From an archaeon (lineage in GTDB: Archaea; Nanobdellota; Nanobdellia; Pacearchaeales; GW2011-AR1): a stretch of DNA of 64,000 nt. This document shows positions 49,729 through 58,744 of the stretch, piece by piece (the first letter of the stretch is position 1; every line of letters begins with the position of its first letter). The notes under the pieces are model-generated. The model did no database searches. It had not been told where the DNA came from and was given only the letters and a program-made list of their open reading frames with translations. The stretch is from assembly GCA_018651605.1 (NCBI GenBank), contig JABIDS010000013.1:64717-128716 (forward strand), written 5' to 3'. A program made the position numbers and the translations under genes.

Positions 49729-51488
49729 CAATAATAACATTTGATAGAAAAGAATTGGAAAAGAAAATTGGAAAGATAGATGAGAAGATGGAGGAAAGGA
49801 TAAGTATGTTTGGGACTGTAGTTGAGGATTTGACTGAGGATGAAGTTAGTGTTGAGGTTTTTCCGAATCGTCCTGATTTGCTTTCGTTTGGTGGTTTTGT
49901 TCGTGGTTTGCTTGGGTTTTTTGGGAAGGGTAAGGGTTTGAAAAATTATAATGTGAATAAACCTTTGGAGAATTATAATGTTGTTATTGATAAATCTGTT
50001 AAATCTGTTCGTCCATTTACAGCATGTGCTATTGTTAAGAATTTGAAGTTGGATGATGCTCGGATTAAGGAGATGATTGATATTCAGGAAAAGTTGCATG
50101 GTTCTTATGGGCGGAATCGTAAGAAGTTGGCGATTGGGATTTATCCTTTGGAAGAGATTAAGTTGCCGATTAAGTTTTTGGCTCGTAAACCTGAGGAGAT
50201 TAAGTTTCAGCCGTTGGAGTTTCCTCGTGCGATTAATGGTAGGCAGATTTTAAGTCAACATCCTGCAGGAAGGGAGTATGGAGATTTGTTGAAAGGTGCT
50301 GAGGTTTTTCCAATTTTTGAAGATGCGAATGGAGAGATTTTAAGTATGCCGCCTATTATTAATTCTGAGAAAACTGGGAAGGTTGGTTTTGAGACAAAGG
50401 ATGTTTTTATTGAGTGTTCTGGTTTTAATTTAGATTATTTGAAAAAGACTTTGAATATGATTGTTTGTGCTTTGGCTGATATGGGTGGAGAGATTTATGA
50501 GATGGAGATTGTAGATAAGAGGAAGTGGGTTTCTCCTGATTTGTCTAGTGATAAGATGGAGTTTTCTTTAGATGATTTGAATAAGACTTTGGGTTTGGAG
50601 TTGAGTGTTAAAGAGGTTAAGGGTTATTTGGGTAAAATGGGGATTGGATATGGGGAGGGGGTTGCTTTGGTTCCTTGTTATAGGACTGATATTTTGCATG
50701 AGATTGATTTGAGTGAAGAGGTTGCTATTGCTTATGGTTATGAGAATTTTGAGGCAGAGATTCCTGAGATTTCAACTATTGGTTGTGAGGATAAGGTTGC
50801 TGTTTTGAAAAGGAGAGTTGATGAGATTTTGGCTGGATTGGGTTTGTTAGAGGTTTCTAGTTATCATTTGTCTACTAAAGATGTTCAGTTTAAGAAGATT
50901 TGTAAAAAGGGTTTTTTGGATGAGGTAATCGAAGTTTTGGATTCTAAGACTGAGAATAATATTTTGAGGACTTCGTTGTTTGCTAATAGTATGAAAATTT
51001 TGAGTGAGAATTCTGATGCTTCGTATCCGCAGAAGATTTTTGAATTGGGGAAGGTTTTTGGGAAATGTGAAGGTGGTTCTGGGGGTGAGAGTGGTGATGG
51101 TTCGCAATTACAACGCCCAATACCCCACCCACCCACCCGTATTGGGGGCGTTGAAATTGCTACTAGTGGTGTTGGAGGTATTGTTGAGAAAGAGAGATTG
51201 TGTATTTCGTTGTGTGGTGAGGGAATGAATTTTACAGAGTTGAAACAGGGTTTGGATTATTTGATGAGGATGTTGGGGGTGGAGTATTCTTTGGAAGAGG
51301 TGGAGAATGAGTCGTTTATTGTGGGGCGGTGTGGGAGTGTTGTGGTTGGTTCTAAAGGTGAAGAAGGCGTTGGTGAGAAGAGGGTTGTGGGTGTTATGGG
51401 GGAGGTGGGGTTGAGTGTGTTGAAAAATAATAAGATTAAGATGCCGGTGGTTAGTTTGGAGTTGGATTTGAGTTGTTTTGTAGAATAA
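49716..51488 (+). CDS. pheT: phenylalanine--tRNA ligase beta subunit (archaeal type) with a Gly/Pro-rich insertion
   Basis: Contains VEVFPNRPDLLS, the B3/4 and B5 domain patterns, and IFELGKVF. It overlaps pheS by 13 nt. The insertion lies at about 51063-51190. Confidence 0.9.
   Translation: MEKMTIITFDRKELEKKIGKIDEKMEERISMFGTVVEDLTEDEVSVEVFPNRPDLLSFGGFVRGLLGFFGKGKGLKNYNVNKPLENYNVVIDKSVKSVRPFTACAIVKNLKLDDARIKEMIDIQEKLHGSYGRNRKKLAIGIYPLEEIKLPIKFLARKPEEIKFQPLEFPRAINGRQILSQHPAGREYGDLLKGAEVFPIFEDANGEILSMPPIINSEKTGKVGFETKDVFIECSGFNLDYLKKTLNMIVCALADMGGEIYEMEIVDKRKWVSPDLSSDKMEFSLDDLNKTLGLELSVKEVKGYLGKMGIGYGEGVALVPCYRTDILHEIDLSEEVAIAYGYENFEAEIPEISTIGCEDKVAVLKRRVDEILAGLGLLEVSSYHLSTKDVQFKKICKKGFLDEVIEVLDSKTENNILRTSLFANSMKILSENSDASYPQKIFELGKVFGKCEGGSGGESGDGSQLQRPIPHPPTRIGGVEIATSGVGGIVEKERLCISLCGEGMNFTELKQGLDYLMRMLGVEYSLEEVENESFIVGRCGSVVVGSKGEEGVGEKRVVGVMGEVGLSVLKNNKIKMPVVSLELDLSCFVE
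51116..51146. repeat. hairpin with a (CCCA)3CCC loop inside the pheT coding sequence
   Basis: The stem pairs CCCAATAC (51116-51123) with GTATTGGG (51139-51146). The loop is CCCACCCACCCACCC (51124-51138). In frame it is translated as ...RPIPHPPTRIGG... Confidence 0.8.
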
Positions 51489-51522
51489 TAATCTTTATTA
51501 ATTGAATTTATATTTAAGTTGT

Positions 51523-51738
51523 ATGACTGGAAAATTTCGTTATGAAGAGATGAAAAATGCACCCGAGGCCTTAAGGGAATTAGGTATTAAACCAGTATTT
51601 GTTCCTAGGCAAGATGGTTATAGGGAGCATTATGCTTTCTTAGGTATTGAGAGTGATTCTGAAGTGTATAGTTGTGGAGATTTAATGCAATTAGTTGGAG
51701 AAGGTGAAAGAAGAATTTCTGAATCTCTTAGGAATTAG
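51523..51738 (+). CDS. hypothetical protein
   Basis: ORF track frame 51502-51738. ATG at 51523. Confidence 0.45.
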   Translation: MTGKFRYEEMKNAPEALRELGIKPVFVPRQDGYREHYAFLGIESDSEVYSCGDLMQLVGEGERRISESLRN

Positions 51739-51822
51739 TATTGTTGCGTCGCTCTCGCGCCCGGACAAGTCCAGGGTGCTCCGCTGTGGATTCTTGAAAT
51801 TGTGTAAAATTAGAAGTTATGT
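51739..51822 (+). repeat. intergenic GC-hairpin/tail repeat, copy E
   Basis: Sequence: TATTGTTGCGTCGCTCTCGCGCCCGGACAAGTCCAGGGTGCTCCGCTGTGGATTCTTGAAATTGTGTAAAATTAGAAGTTATG. Confidence 0.8.
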
Positions 51823-51888
51823 TTTATAGTAATGATTAATCAAAAGATTTATAAATAGATAATTAATATTTATTTTGTAAGGATTAAA

Positions 51889-52158
51889 ATGGGATTTATA
51901 AGTATAGAAAATTATGATGGGGAAAAAGGTTATGTTCCTGGGAATCCAATTAGTTTTGATGTTGTAGAAATGCGTGGAATCAAATATTTAGCACATTTTT
52001 CTGAATTATTAAATCCTGAAAGGAAGACATATAGGATTATTAATGAAGGAGAAGATACTGCTGTTGTAGTTGGGATTAAAGATAATGAAGTTCTTGATGA
52101 GTTAGGAGAAAGGCATAAGAAGATGTTAGAGGAAATAAGTGATGATGCAATATTTTGA
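51889..52158 (+). CDS. hypothetical protein
   Basis: ORF track only. Confidence 0.45.
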   Translation: MGFISIENYDGEKGYVPGNPISFDVVEMRGIKYLAHFSELLNPERKTYRIINEGEDTAVVVGIKDNEVLDELGERHKKMLEEISDDAIF

Positions 52159-52168
52159 TTTTTTATAA

Positions 52169-52930
52169 TCACTCATACTTATTCAAAAATTCAAAGATAT
52201 ATGGCTCAGATGAAGTTTTGTTTTCAGAAATAATTATTAATGTTGTTTGTTCGTCAAACTCGAGCATGTCAGTGTAAACATCTCGTTCTTCTGACATTTG
52301 GGCGACGCAGTTGATGCAAATTAGGTCTGGGTTTTCATTGTGGGATGTTGTTATGAAGTCTGCGATTTCTAGGATTTCGTAGAGTTTAGAGTTTATTGTT
52401 GTTGGGTGTTCTTTTGTTTCGAATTTTATTTTGTTGTTTTCTTTTTCAATTGTTATTGATGTATCTATTGTGAATTTGACTTGTTGTTTTTGGATTTGTG
52501 TTGTTGTTTGGAGGTTTTTGTATTCTAATGTGAAATCTCCTAGGTTTATTTTGTTTAGACATAGGCCTGTTTTTTCGTTTGTGTATTGTTGTAGTTGATT
52601 TGTTATCATTGTTTTTGTGGGCATTAGTTGTTGCCCTTGGTTATAATAGTAGGGTATGAATGCCCAGCTCATGTCAAATGCTTGAGGAGGTTTTTCGTAG
52701 TATCCTCCTTGGATTCCGATTAGTATTAGGGCTTGTTTAGATGTTTCATCTATGCAATTTATTATTGAATCTTGGATATTGTTTAGTTCTGGTTTTATGT
52801 TTGATTGAGCAAAGAATTGTTTTGAGTTTTCTGAGTCTATTTTTGATTTTCCTAAGTAGATTACTGTGCCTACTATTGCGATTATTATTATTGTGACTAT
52901 TATGAATATTGTTATTTGCCCCTTTTTCAT
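52169..52930 (-). CDS. pilin-like protein (class III signal, Q+1)
   Basis: MKKG-QITIFIIVTIIIIAIVGTVIYL. Confidence 0.5.
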   Translation of the reverse strand: MKKGQITIFIIVTIIIIAIVGTVIYLGKSKIDSENSKQFFAQSNIKPELNNIQDSIINCIDETSKQALILIGIQGGYYEKPPQAFDMSWAFIPYYYNQGQQLMPTKTMITNQLQQYTNEKTGLCLNKINLGDFTLEYKNLQTTTQIQKQQVKFTIDTSITIEKENNKIKFETKEHPTTINSKLYEILEIADFITTSHNENPDLICINCVAQMSEERDVYTDMLEFDEQTTLIIISENKTSSEPYIFEFLNKYE

Positions 52931-53028
52931 AAGATTGTTAAGTTAGGGAGGTATTTAAATTTGGTGATTGGTGATGAACAAACTTTAAATAATCTTGATT
53001 GTTTATTATTGTATTCTTAGGTGTTGAG

Positions 53029-53931
53029 ATGGTTAATGGAAAAAGAGTTAAGGTTAAAAGAAATATAAAGTCTGAAAGTAAATTTAGTTCTATGAATGTT
53101 TTGATAGGTTTAATTATTGTTATGTTTGTTGTGCAGATTGTTTCTGTTGTTTTTATTATTGGGGAGATTAATGAGTTTCGGGAGAGTGTTAATGAGTTAT
53201 CTGAAAGTTTGGATAGTACTAAGATTCAGTTGAATCAGAAGATTGATATTGTTGATAGTGATTTGCAGAATAAGGTTAATGGATTGTCGGCGAGTTTGTT
53301 GAATGTTGAGACTGATTTGAGTAAGGAGATAAGTTCTATTAAGGCTAAGACAAGTTCTGATTTTTCAGGGGTTATTGATGATGTTGTTAGTTCTGTTGTG
53401 AGTATTAGGACTGATGTTGCGCAAGGGACTGGGTTTATTATTTCTGAAGATGGTTTTGTTGTTACAAATGCGCATGTTTTGACTGGGGCGAGGTTTGCGA
53501 ATGCGATAACATCTGAGCAAACTTCTGAGAGTCTTTCATTGATTGGTTATAATGAGAATTTGGATTTAGCTTTGTTGAAGATTGATGGTAGTTATGATTA
53601 TTTGAGGTTTGATGATTCTGATGATATTAGGGTTGGTGAGAAGGTTATTGCGATTGGGAATCCTCTTGGTTTGAGTTTTTCTGTTTCAGAAGGGATTGTT
53701 TCTGCTGTTAATCGGGCTGGAGAAAATGGTATTAGGGCTTATATTCAGACTGATGCTGCTTTGAATCCTGGGAATTCTGGAGGGCCTTTGATAAATACTG
53801 ATGGGCGAGTTATTGGGATTAATAATTTTAAAATTGCAGGAGATAATATTGGGTTTGCTTTGGAGAGTAATTTTATTGTTGATGCTGTGAATGAGATTGG
53901 GATAGTGGAGATTAACAAAACAGTGGTTTAA
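53029..53931 (+). CDS. membrane-anchored trypsin-like serine protease (HtrA/DegP S1C family, no PDZ domain seen)
   Basis: Contains GTGFIISEDGFVVTNAHV (His), DLALLKI (Asp) and GNSGGPLIN (Ser). Has an N-terminal TM segment and a coiled coil. Confidence 0.8.
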   Translation: MVNGKRVKVKRNIKSESKFSSMNVLIGLIIVMFVVQIVSVVFIIGEINEFRESVNELSESLDSTKIQLNQKIDIVDSDLQNKVNGLSASLLNVETDLSKEISSIKAKTSSDFSGVIDDVVSSVVSIRTDVAQGTGFIISEDGFVVTNAHVLTGARFANAITSEQTSESLSLIGYNENLDLALLKIDGSYDYLRFDDSDDIRVGEKVIAIGNPLGLSFSVSEGIVSAVNRAGENGIRAYIQTDAALNPGNSGGPLINTDGRVIGINNFKIAGDNIGFALESNFIVDAVNEIGIVEINKTVV

Positions 53932-54103
53932 ATGAGGGTGAAAATAAAGGGGTTTGGTTAAGTTGAGATTAATCGGACGGTTGTTGGGTAGTGTTAATAA
54001 TTTCTAATAAAAATAAAACATCACACTCTCTTTTTTATAAAAAGAATTCATCATCAAAAAAGTTAAAAAAAGGATAAAAAAAATAAAAAAAATAAAATTA
54101 CAA

Positions 54104-55363
54104 TTAATAGTAACTTGTTTCTCCGAATTCTTCAGTTTCTGTAGGTCTCTTTGTTAATAGCACGATAAGGATTATCAAAAGGACTACGAATACAATTACT
54201 AGAACTACTGTCCATATTACTACGGGGTCAGCTGTTCCTGAAACTCTTGAATCTTTGTCTTCCACAATAAGTGTGAAAGGAACTGATTTAACAGAACCAG
54301 ATTCTGAGTTAACATTAACTGTAAAAGCGTGTGTACCTTCTTCTAAACTATCTGTTGCTCTAACTTTTACTTTAACTATCTTGCTAGATTCTGCACCAAC
54401 CGTAACGATTGATTCAGCTGCGTTAACAATTATTCCGTCCGTAGACTCTGGAGTAATTGTGTAAACAACCATTCTATTGTTTGGATTAACCAAAACAACA
54501 TTGAAAGTTGCTTCTTCGCCTGCTGAAATTGTTTGAGATGTAGTTCCTGGTAAGATACCAGATTCAACATCATTTACAACAATTGCTTTCTTAGCAGTAG
54601 TAGTTGTGTCATAGTTGTATGCTTGAACTTCTAATTCGTATGTACCAGGCATTACGTTTCTAGGAAGAGTTAAGTAAACTTTCCTATTTAGAGTATCTCT
54701 TATGTTGTCGTAGTCATCATCATTATCAGATGCCATATCTCCAACATAGATTCTCTTTGTAATTCCTAATTCTGGAATTGAAGCTTTCACATATACGTCG
54801 TCCATTCTCTCTCTTCCGTTGTTTTCTATAACAACATCAACAGCGATTGAACTACCAGCAGTTATTGATTGTGGTGTTTCGACAGAAAGAATTTGTAAAC
54901 TTTCAAGGCTTTTTGAAACCCTAAGAGTATATTCTTCTTCTGCTTCATCGTATCCACGTGCGTCAATTTCTACATGAAGTGTTAGATCATCAAAATCTAA
55001 TTCATCCAAGTCTAAACTTGAAGGGTATTTCATAGAGAACTTTGCTCTATATCCACTAGTACCTTCGTCAACAACATCTTGGTCAACTACGGTTCTAGTT
55101 TCTTCTTTGTAACCTTCAAGGTAAACAGTAATAGAAACATCTTCAACTTCTTCATTTGCAGAAAGAGTTGAGCTTGCAGAATATTCAACTAAAATTGGAA
55201 CAGTATTAGATACTTGTCCAATATAGTTTTTACCAGTGTCTAATTCTACACCATTAACCTTTACAAGGTCAATTGTTGCAAAATCAGCTGCCGCAACTAT
55301 GTTCAAAGCAAAAGCTAAAACGAATAATGCTATAAAAGAAACGATTATTGTCTTACTTTTCAT
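54104..55363 (-). CDS. cell-surface (S-layer-like) protein with a signal peptide and C-terminal TM anchor
   Basis: The signal peptide is MKSKTIIVSFIALFVLAFALNIVAA. T/V/E/D-rich beta-strand repeats follow, then the C-terminal anchor VVIWTVVLVIVFVVLLIILIVLL with a basic stop-transfer sequence. Codon composition is visibly less skewed than in neighbouring genes. The function is inferred. Confidence 0.5.
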   Translation of the reverse strand: MKSKTIIVSFIALFVLAFALNIVAAADFATIDLVKVNGVELDTGKNYIGQVSNTVPILVEYSASSTLSANEEVEDVSITVYLEGYKEETRTVVDQDVVDEGTSGYRAKFSMKYPSSLDLDELDFDDLTLHVEIDARGYDEAEEEYTLRVSKSLESLQILSVETPQSITAGSSIAVDVVIENNGRERMDDVYVKASIPELGITKRIYVGDMASDNDDDYDNIRDTLNRKVYLTLPRNVMPGTYELEVQAYNYDTTTTAKKAIVVNDVESGILPGTTSQTISAGEEATFNVVLVNPNNRMVVYTITPESTDGIIVNAAESIVTVGAESSKIVKVKVRATDSLEEGTHAFTVNVNSESGSVKSVPFTLIVEDKDSRVSGTADPVVIWTVVLVIVFVVLLIILIVLLTKRPTETEEFGETSYY

Positions 55364-55493
55364 TTGTTAAGCTATTTAAATTTAATTACTTTAGGCAAAT
55401 GAAAATGGTTTATAAGGTTTTCTGTTGTGTAGTAACTAGATAATAATTACAGATATGGGAAGTTTTAAATAGTGGACTTTGGTATACTTCGGT

Positions 55494-55781
55494 ATGGTAA
55501 ATGTGACTACGATTAAACTTCGACGGGAAACTAAAAGGCGTCTTGATAGATTAAAGGAGCATCCTCGGGAAAGTTATGAGGAAGTTTTGCAGAAGATTTT
55601 GTTTATTTTGAATTTGTCGCGGAAAAGTCCTGAGAGGGCTGCTCGGAGATTTCGTAGATTGGATGCTGTTGTTAAAAGAAAAGGAAAGAAGTATAGTGAG
55701 GTATACTCTGGTGGAGATGATGAGGTTGTGAAGGGAGATGGTGTTGAGAAAGAAGTGAAGGAAGAGAATGATAAAGAATAG
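55494..55781 (+). CDS. ribbon-helix-helix-like small protein
   Basis: MVNVTTIKLRRETKRRLDRLKEHPRESYEEVLQKIL has the pattern of RHH/antitoxin-like archaeal proteins. Confidence 0.5.
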   Translation: MVNVTTIKLRRETKRRLDRLKEHPRESYEEVLQKILFILNLSRKSPERAARRFRRLDAVVKRKGKKYSEVYSGGDDEVVKGDGVEKEVKEENDKE

Positions 55782-56535
55782 TTATGAAGAATTTGATAGG
55801 GATTTTGTTGGGAAATATACTAAGCCAAGAAGTTTTTCTGTTGGAGGAATTGAAGGAGTTGTTGTAGACCCTCATAATGAGGTTTTTGAATTTTGGTATA
55901 ATGCAATTAAGTCAAATGGAGAGGATAGTCCTGCTGTGCTTTTGCATATTGATAATCATTCTGATTTGTCTGGAGGGAAAAGAATTAGAGAGGATTGTAG
56001 GAGTGTTAGGGATTATTCTAGAAGGGATTTGGATATTGCTAGTTTTATTGCTCCTGCAGTTTATTATGGTTTGGTTGATAAAATTTATTGGTTTGATCCT
56101 AGGAATATAAATATGAAAGTTTATGGTAGAAATGGGAAAGATAATATGTTTGTAGATGTTGATTCTAATGGGGAAATTATTTGGCAAAAATGGGGTAGAA
56201 ATATTTATGCTCCAATGGATGAAGATGTCTTGAATCATAATGTTTTGAAAAAAGATTTGAAAAATTTTCAGGGCCGAATTATTTTGGATGTTGACTTAGA
56301 TGCTTTTGAATGTATTGATGATGCTGAATATAATTGGAAATTTGGTAATTATAGGTTATTAGATGGAAAAGGTAATGAAAGGTTAAATAAAACTTTGAAT
56401 TTGTTGAGAAGGTTGCCTAGACCTAGTTTGATAAGTGTTGCGCGTTCTCAAACTCCTTTTGCTTATACTCCTACTGATAGGGTTGATGGGATTGAGAAGA
56501 AGTTAATGAAAGTCTTGAAGAAAGTTTATAGTTAG
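55768..56535 (+). CDS. hypothetical protein with an HxDxHxD motif (HIDNHSD)
   Basis: ORF track. Overlaps the RHH gene by 14 nt. The resemblance to the UPF0489/arginase-deacetylase fold is only a guess. Confidence 0.5.
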   Translation: MIKNSYEEFDRDFVGKYTKPRSFSVGGIEGVVVDPHNEVFEFWYNAIKSNGEDSPAVLLHIDNHSDLSGGKRIREDCRSVRDYSRRDLDIASFIAPAVYYGLVDKIYWFDPRNINMKVYGRNGKDNMFVDVDSNGEIIWQKWGRNIYAPMDEDVLNHNVLKKDLKNFQGRIILDVDLDAFECIDDAEYNWKFGNYRLLDGKGNERLNKTLNLLRRLPRPSLISVARSQTPFAYTPTDRVDGIEKKLMKVLKKVYS

Positions 56536-56606
56536 TGGAAGTGTTGTTTTTACTTACTTATTTTTCTATCCATCAAATTTATAAACCTTTAATTCTTATT
56601 TTGGTT

Positions 56607-57170
56607 ATGGTATTAATGATTTTAACATGGGTAATAATTGCATTAGTGGCTTTGTTTATCTTAATGGCTATATATTATTTTAATAGGTTTGTGACTCTTG
56701 ATAATCGGATAAAGAATAGTTTGGCGCAGATTGATGTTCAACTTAAGAAAAGGGCTGATTTGGTTCCGGCTCTTGTTAAGATTGTTAAGGGTTTTGCTAA
56801 GCATGAGAAATCTATAATGGAAGATGTTACAAAGGCTCGGGCAGAGATGTTGAAGGCGGGGAATAATATGGGGGAGAAGGTTAAGGCTGGGGATCAACTT
56901 CAGAATGCTTTGAAATCTATTTTTGCAATAGCTGAGAATTATCCTGATTTAAAATCTAATCAAAATTATTTACAGTTGCAAACAGAATTATCTGCAATTG
57001 AAGATAAGGTTGCATATGCTAGACAGTATTATAATGATTCTGTTCTTTTCTTGGATAATGCATCTCAACAACTTCCAGGTGTTATTTTCTTTAAGATGTA
57101 TGGAAGAAAAGGGAAAGATTATTTGAAGATACCTGAGGCGAATAGAGAGATGCCTAAGATTGATTTGTGA
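56607..57170 (+). CDS. lemA: LemA-family protein
   Basis: Has an N-terminal TM segment, then YYFNRFVTLDNRIKNSLAQIDVQLKKRADLVP, YPDLKSNQNYLQLQ and ARQYYND. ATG 56607 lies about 20 nt after an AAATTTATAAAC box. Confidence 0.85.
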   Translation: MVLMILTWVIIALVALFILMAIYYFNRFVTLDNRIKNSLAQIDVQLKKRADLVPALVKIVKGFAKHEKSIMEDVTKARAEMLKAGNNMGEKVKAGDQLQNALKSIFAIAENYPDLKSNQNYLQLQTELSAIEDKVAYARQYYNDSVLFLDNASQQLPGVIFFKMYGRKGKDYLKIPEANREMPKIDL

Positions 57171-57192
57171 GATTAGATAAGTTCTATATAAA

Positions 57193-57966
57193 ATGTCAAA
57201 GATAAAATTCGGGCCAGCTGGAATAGGACCAACAAAAAGTGCTGTGCAAGTTCTTGAGGAGTATTGTGGATTGGGTTTTAAGGCAGCTGAGATAGCTTTT
57301 ACTTATAATGTTTATATTAAGGATAAGGAAGATATTCGTTTGATAAGGGAGAGTGCTAAGAAATTGGATATTGATTTGTCGATTCATGCTCCGTATTTTA
57401 TTAATTTGAATTCAAAGGAAAAGGTTAAGGTGGAGATGAGCAAGAAGAGGATTCTTAAGTGTTGTGAGATTGGGGAGGAGTTGGGTGCTACGAAAGTTGT
57501 TTTTCATCCTGGTTTTTATTCAGGTATGGAACCTGAGGAAACTTTTCAAAATGTTAAGGCGCAGGTTATTGATATGCAAGAGATTTTGAAGCTCAAAGGT
57601 TATAAGATAAAACTTGCTCCAGAAATAATGGGGAAAGTGAATGTTTTTGGTTCTCCTGAACAGATTTCAAGATTGGTTAAGGAAACTGGTTGTGGATTTA
57701 CAATTGATTTTGCTCATATTTTGGCTAGAGAAAAGTCTGTTGATTATGAAAAGTTGAAGAAGTTGTTTCCTCAGAAGAATTGGCATTGTCATTTTTCAGG
57801 AATTGAGTATGGTGAGAAAGGTGAGAAGAAACATTTGAAGACTTCTGTTAGTGGGTGGAGAGAGTTGTTTAGGGGTTTGCCTGGTGGGAAGAATATTACA
57901 ATTATTAATGAAAGTCCTGATATGATTAATGATTGTGCTGAGGGGTTGAGGTTGTTTGGGGGGTGA
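57193..57966 (+). CDS. AP endonuclease family 2 / xylose-isomerase-like TIM-barrel protein (endonuclease IV-like)
   Basis: Contains IHAPYFINL, VVFHPG, IDFAHI and HCHFSGIEYGEKGEKKH, a pattern of metal-binding His residues. Confidence 0.6.
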   Translation: MSKIKFGPAGIGPTKSAVQVLEEYCGLGFKAAEIAFTYNVYIKDKEDIRLIRESAKKLDIDLSIHAPYFINLNSKEKVKVEMSKKRILKCCEIGEELGATKVVFHPGFYSGMEPEETFQNVKAQVIDMQEILKLKGYKIKLAPEIMGKVNVFGSPEQISRLVKETGCGFTIDFAHILAREKSVDYEKLKKLFPQKNWHCHFSGIEYGEKGEKKHLKTSVSGWRELFRGLPGGKNITIINESPDMINDCAEGLRLFGG

Positions 57967-58063
57967 TGGAGGGTCGGGGTTGTTTGGTGGGTGATTGAGG
58001 GTTGGGGTTGTGGAGGGAGTGAAGATATTGTGGGTTGTTTAGGGAGTTGTTGAAGGGTGGGTG

Positions 58064-58190
58064 AATTTACGTTCGCTTTGCTCACGCTTATTTTATGGAA
58101 AGTCGAATGGCTTCACCAATCCGACTTTCTAATTTTTCTTGAAATCTTTTAAATTTTAAACTTTATGGGAAGTTTTCTTTTTTTATGATT
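58064..58190 (+). repeat. intergenic GC-hairpin/tail repeat, copy F
   Basis: AATTTACGTTCGCTTTGCTCACGCTTATTTTATG, then hairpin GAAAGTCG (58098-58105) / CGACTTTC (58122-58129) with loop AATGGCTTCACCAATC, then TAATTTTTCTTGAAATCTTTTAAATTTTAAACTTTATGGGAAGTTTTCTTT. Confidence 0.8.
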
Positions 58191-58252
58191 TATTGTAATT
58201 TAAGAGTAGTAAATGTAGAAAGATTTATAAACCCTTAATTTGTTTAAATTGT

Positions 58253-58744
58253 ATGGAAATTAAACCTAAAATTCAGAAATTAGTAGCAAATACAATCGGT
58301 CCAGTATTTATACTTGGTTCTATGTCTCTTGTATCGGCATTTTATGCTTCACCTAGTACTGCAGGATTAGAAAAAGAAAGTGAAAGTTTAGACTATCAAA
58401 TTAGGAATAGGCCAATTGTTGGAACAGTATTGGAAGAATCTTATGAAAATACTTTGGTGCCTAATGAAGAATTTGATGGATTGGTGAGTTATTCAAATGA
58501 GACCGTAAAATTAGATTCTAAATATACTTTAAAGATTGAAACTAGTTCTGGAAAAATTCTTGGAGTTTCTATAATCGATGGCGGTAATGTTGCAAAAGAA
58601 TCTTTGGATATTCTTGTTGAGGAGGGAAGTAAAATACGTTTTCCAAGAGAAGGTTCGCAGGATAGAAAAGAGACTTACTTTAACGAAAATACTCAGATGG
58701 GGACAAAAAGAGCAAGTAGAATTGAAATTTTAAATTTAAAGTAA
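58253..58744 (+). CDS. membrane-anchored hypothetical protein
   Basis: ORF track. Has an N-terminal TM segment. Confidence 0.5.
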   Translation: MEIKPKIQKLVANTIGPVFILGSMSLVSAFYASPSTAGLEKESESLDYQIRNRPIVGTVLEESYENTLVPNEEFDGLVSYSNETVKLDSKYTLKIETSSGKILGVSIIDGGNVAKESLDILVEEGSKIRFPREGSQDRKETYFNENTQMGTKRASRIEILNLK

